Positions 62,456 through 64,000 of a stretch of 64,000 bases of DNA are shown here, in pieces (positions within the stretch are counted from its first letter, which is position 1; each line of letters begins with the position of its first letter). Under the pieces are notes generated by a model. The model was not told where the DNA came from. It was given only the letters and a program-made list of their open reading frames with translations, and did no database searches. Made by a program: the position numbers and the translations under genes. The DNA is from Eledone cirrhosa (Eukaryota): contig OZ024757.1 of the NCBI GenBank assembly GCA_964016885.1, positions 10,726,001 through 10,790,000 on the forward strand, given 5' to 3'.

Positions 62456-62916
62456 CAACACAACATAAACAACAAAACGCAAACTCACGCAAGAACAACA
62501 AGCAAAAACAAACACAACAACACAAAAACTCTACACATACATAAACAAAAACAATAAAAACTTAACGGAAAAAATAGAAAACAACCCTTCGGTACAAACC
62601 GAAGGGCCTAATTTTGCAACGGCAATGGGACTCCCTAACCTGAAAATGGTGAAAGTCCCACTTGACATTTTCAAAACTTTGAAAAACATTTACCCTGAGG
62701 ACGTGGGACCACCCTGCACCAGGCCACTCAACCGCGTCCTCCTGAAAGGTTTTCCCCTCCCCTCCTCAAACACCCACACAACTCCAAACACCCCAACCCC
62801 TCCACACACTAATACCCCCCCCCCCCTCCAAAAAAAAACTCCACCAGCCCCATGGAAACTGAGCGGCCCGAACCCCGGGACGCAGAGAGGTAAGAGCCTC
62901 TTTCTTTGTCACCAAC

Positions 62917-64000
62917 ATGGCTGTGTTAAGAGTGGGTTGTCTAAATGCGCGTGGCCTGGGCTCACATTGGAAGCAAGCTAAACTTCTAAATGACCTCAGG
63001 TCACAATGTATAAATGAGATGGTTATTTGCGAGGCCCGGATCACCAGCGTGCGACAGCTAGCCCCCACCTTTGATGACTTTGAGATGCACGCATCTCTCT
63101 GTCAGCTCGGAGGTGGGGGTGGGGTTGTCGTTCTGCTGCAAAAACATCTGGGTCTCGCTACACAGACGGTACACTTGGACCCGGAGGGTCGACTCGTGGT
63201 TCTGGACCTTGGCAATGGTGAAGGCGAAGCTTTTAGGCTTGTCGCCGTATACGCCCCTTTTGGGGCAATGCGGTCGGACCTCTTCCATCGTCTGGAGACT
63301 TTTCTAGGGACGTCCCGCTCCTTGCTTTTAGTGGGGGACTGGAATGGTATCCTAGATGCACGTTGGGACTATGTAGGGGCATGTCCCGATAGAGGGGGTG
63401 TAACAGCCTCAAGGGGTTAATCGGCCGATTTGACCTGGCCGATAGATACCGACTAGATTTTTCAACTGTGCCATCCTGGACTTGGTCAAATAACAGTCGT
63501 CAATCTAGATCGTAGCTAGATAGATTCTTAGTTAGAATTAAAATAGGGACTTTTTAAGTTGTCCAGAAATGCTCATGGTGGGCTATTCAGACCACAAGTT
63601 AGTGACCTGCGTAGTCCACCTTGATAGAACGCATAGGCAGGGACCCGGTTACTGGAAGCTCAACTTGTCCTTACCAGCAAGTAGAGCTTACAGGGACCGG
63701 ATTAGAACCTTAGTTAAGGAGCGGTTGACGGGCGCCATCGTCAACAGCAGGTGGTGGGGCTTTCTAAAAAGAGAGATTAGTGTAGTTTCAATAGGAGTTA
63801 GTAAGGAGTTAGCCTCAGATAGAAATAGGAAGGAAAGGGAGTTGGTAGTTAATGTTGAAGAGGCAATGAGTAGCGGCAACGTGGCCAGAGTGCAAGCGTC
63901 GAGAACGGCCTTGAACCAGTTCTTCGACGCGAAACACGAAGGCTGCGTTGTCCGAAGCAAAATACGTGCTCTGGGAAACGAGGGGACCAAATCTGTTAGC
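62917..64000 (+). pseudogene. LINE ORF2 N-terminus: apurinic-like endonuclease plus linker, disrupted
   Basis: Motifs LNARGL, VYAP, GDWN, (S*)LDRFL, SDH (63587-63595), GYWKLN and GCVVRSK. Frameshifts near 63400-63420 and 63540; in-frame TAG at 63513-63515. Confidence 0.92.

Larger units (their letters stand above)
60960..64000 (+). mobile_element. L1/Tx1-group LINE, 5' part (5' UTR, ORF1, start of ORF2), degenerate; runs off the window; 5' boundary approximate
   Basis: CCHC-knuckle ORF1 followed by an APE-endonuclease ORF2 with the post-endonuclease GYWKLNLSL motif characteristic of L1/Tx1. Confidence 0.88.

Noticed and set aside
61199-63990. Antisense and alternative-frame ORFs overlapping the LINE
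   Set aside because: Shadows of ORF1/ORF2 with no independent motifs; 62625-62981 may be a frameshifted piece of ORF1 rather than a separate gene.

Overview
Eukaryotic, repeat-dominated window, most likely from an octopod cephalopod (inferred from the SINE family and the microsatellite content; not verified by search). Positions 1-56717 are one G/T-rich tandem array with a 27-bp core unit (GGTGGTGGCGGTGGTGGTAGTGTTGAT, plus 21-33 bp variants), organised into nested kilobase-scale higher-order duplications. The array continues beyond the window start. The giant Val-, Gly-, Pro-, His- and Thr-rich ORFs in the track are readings of this array, and I found no positive evidence that any is a gene. 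The last 7.3 kb is a patchwork: CA/TA/AG/GT microsatellites, a minus-strand type I hammerhead ribozyme, a 5'-inverted RTE-clade LINE insertion with an 11-bp target-site duplication, a ~42-bp inverted repeat bracketing those two, a 62-bp minisatellite, an inverted pair of tRNA-derived SINEs, and the 5' part of a degenerate L1/Tx1-group LINE that runs off the window end. No host protein-coding gene can be supported.
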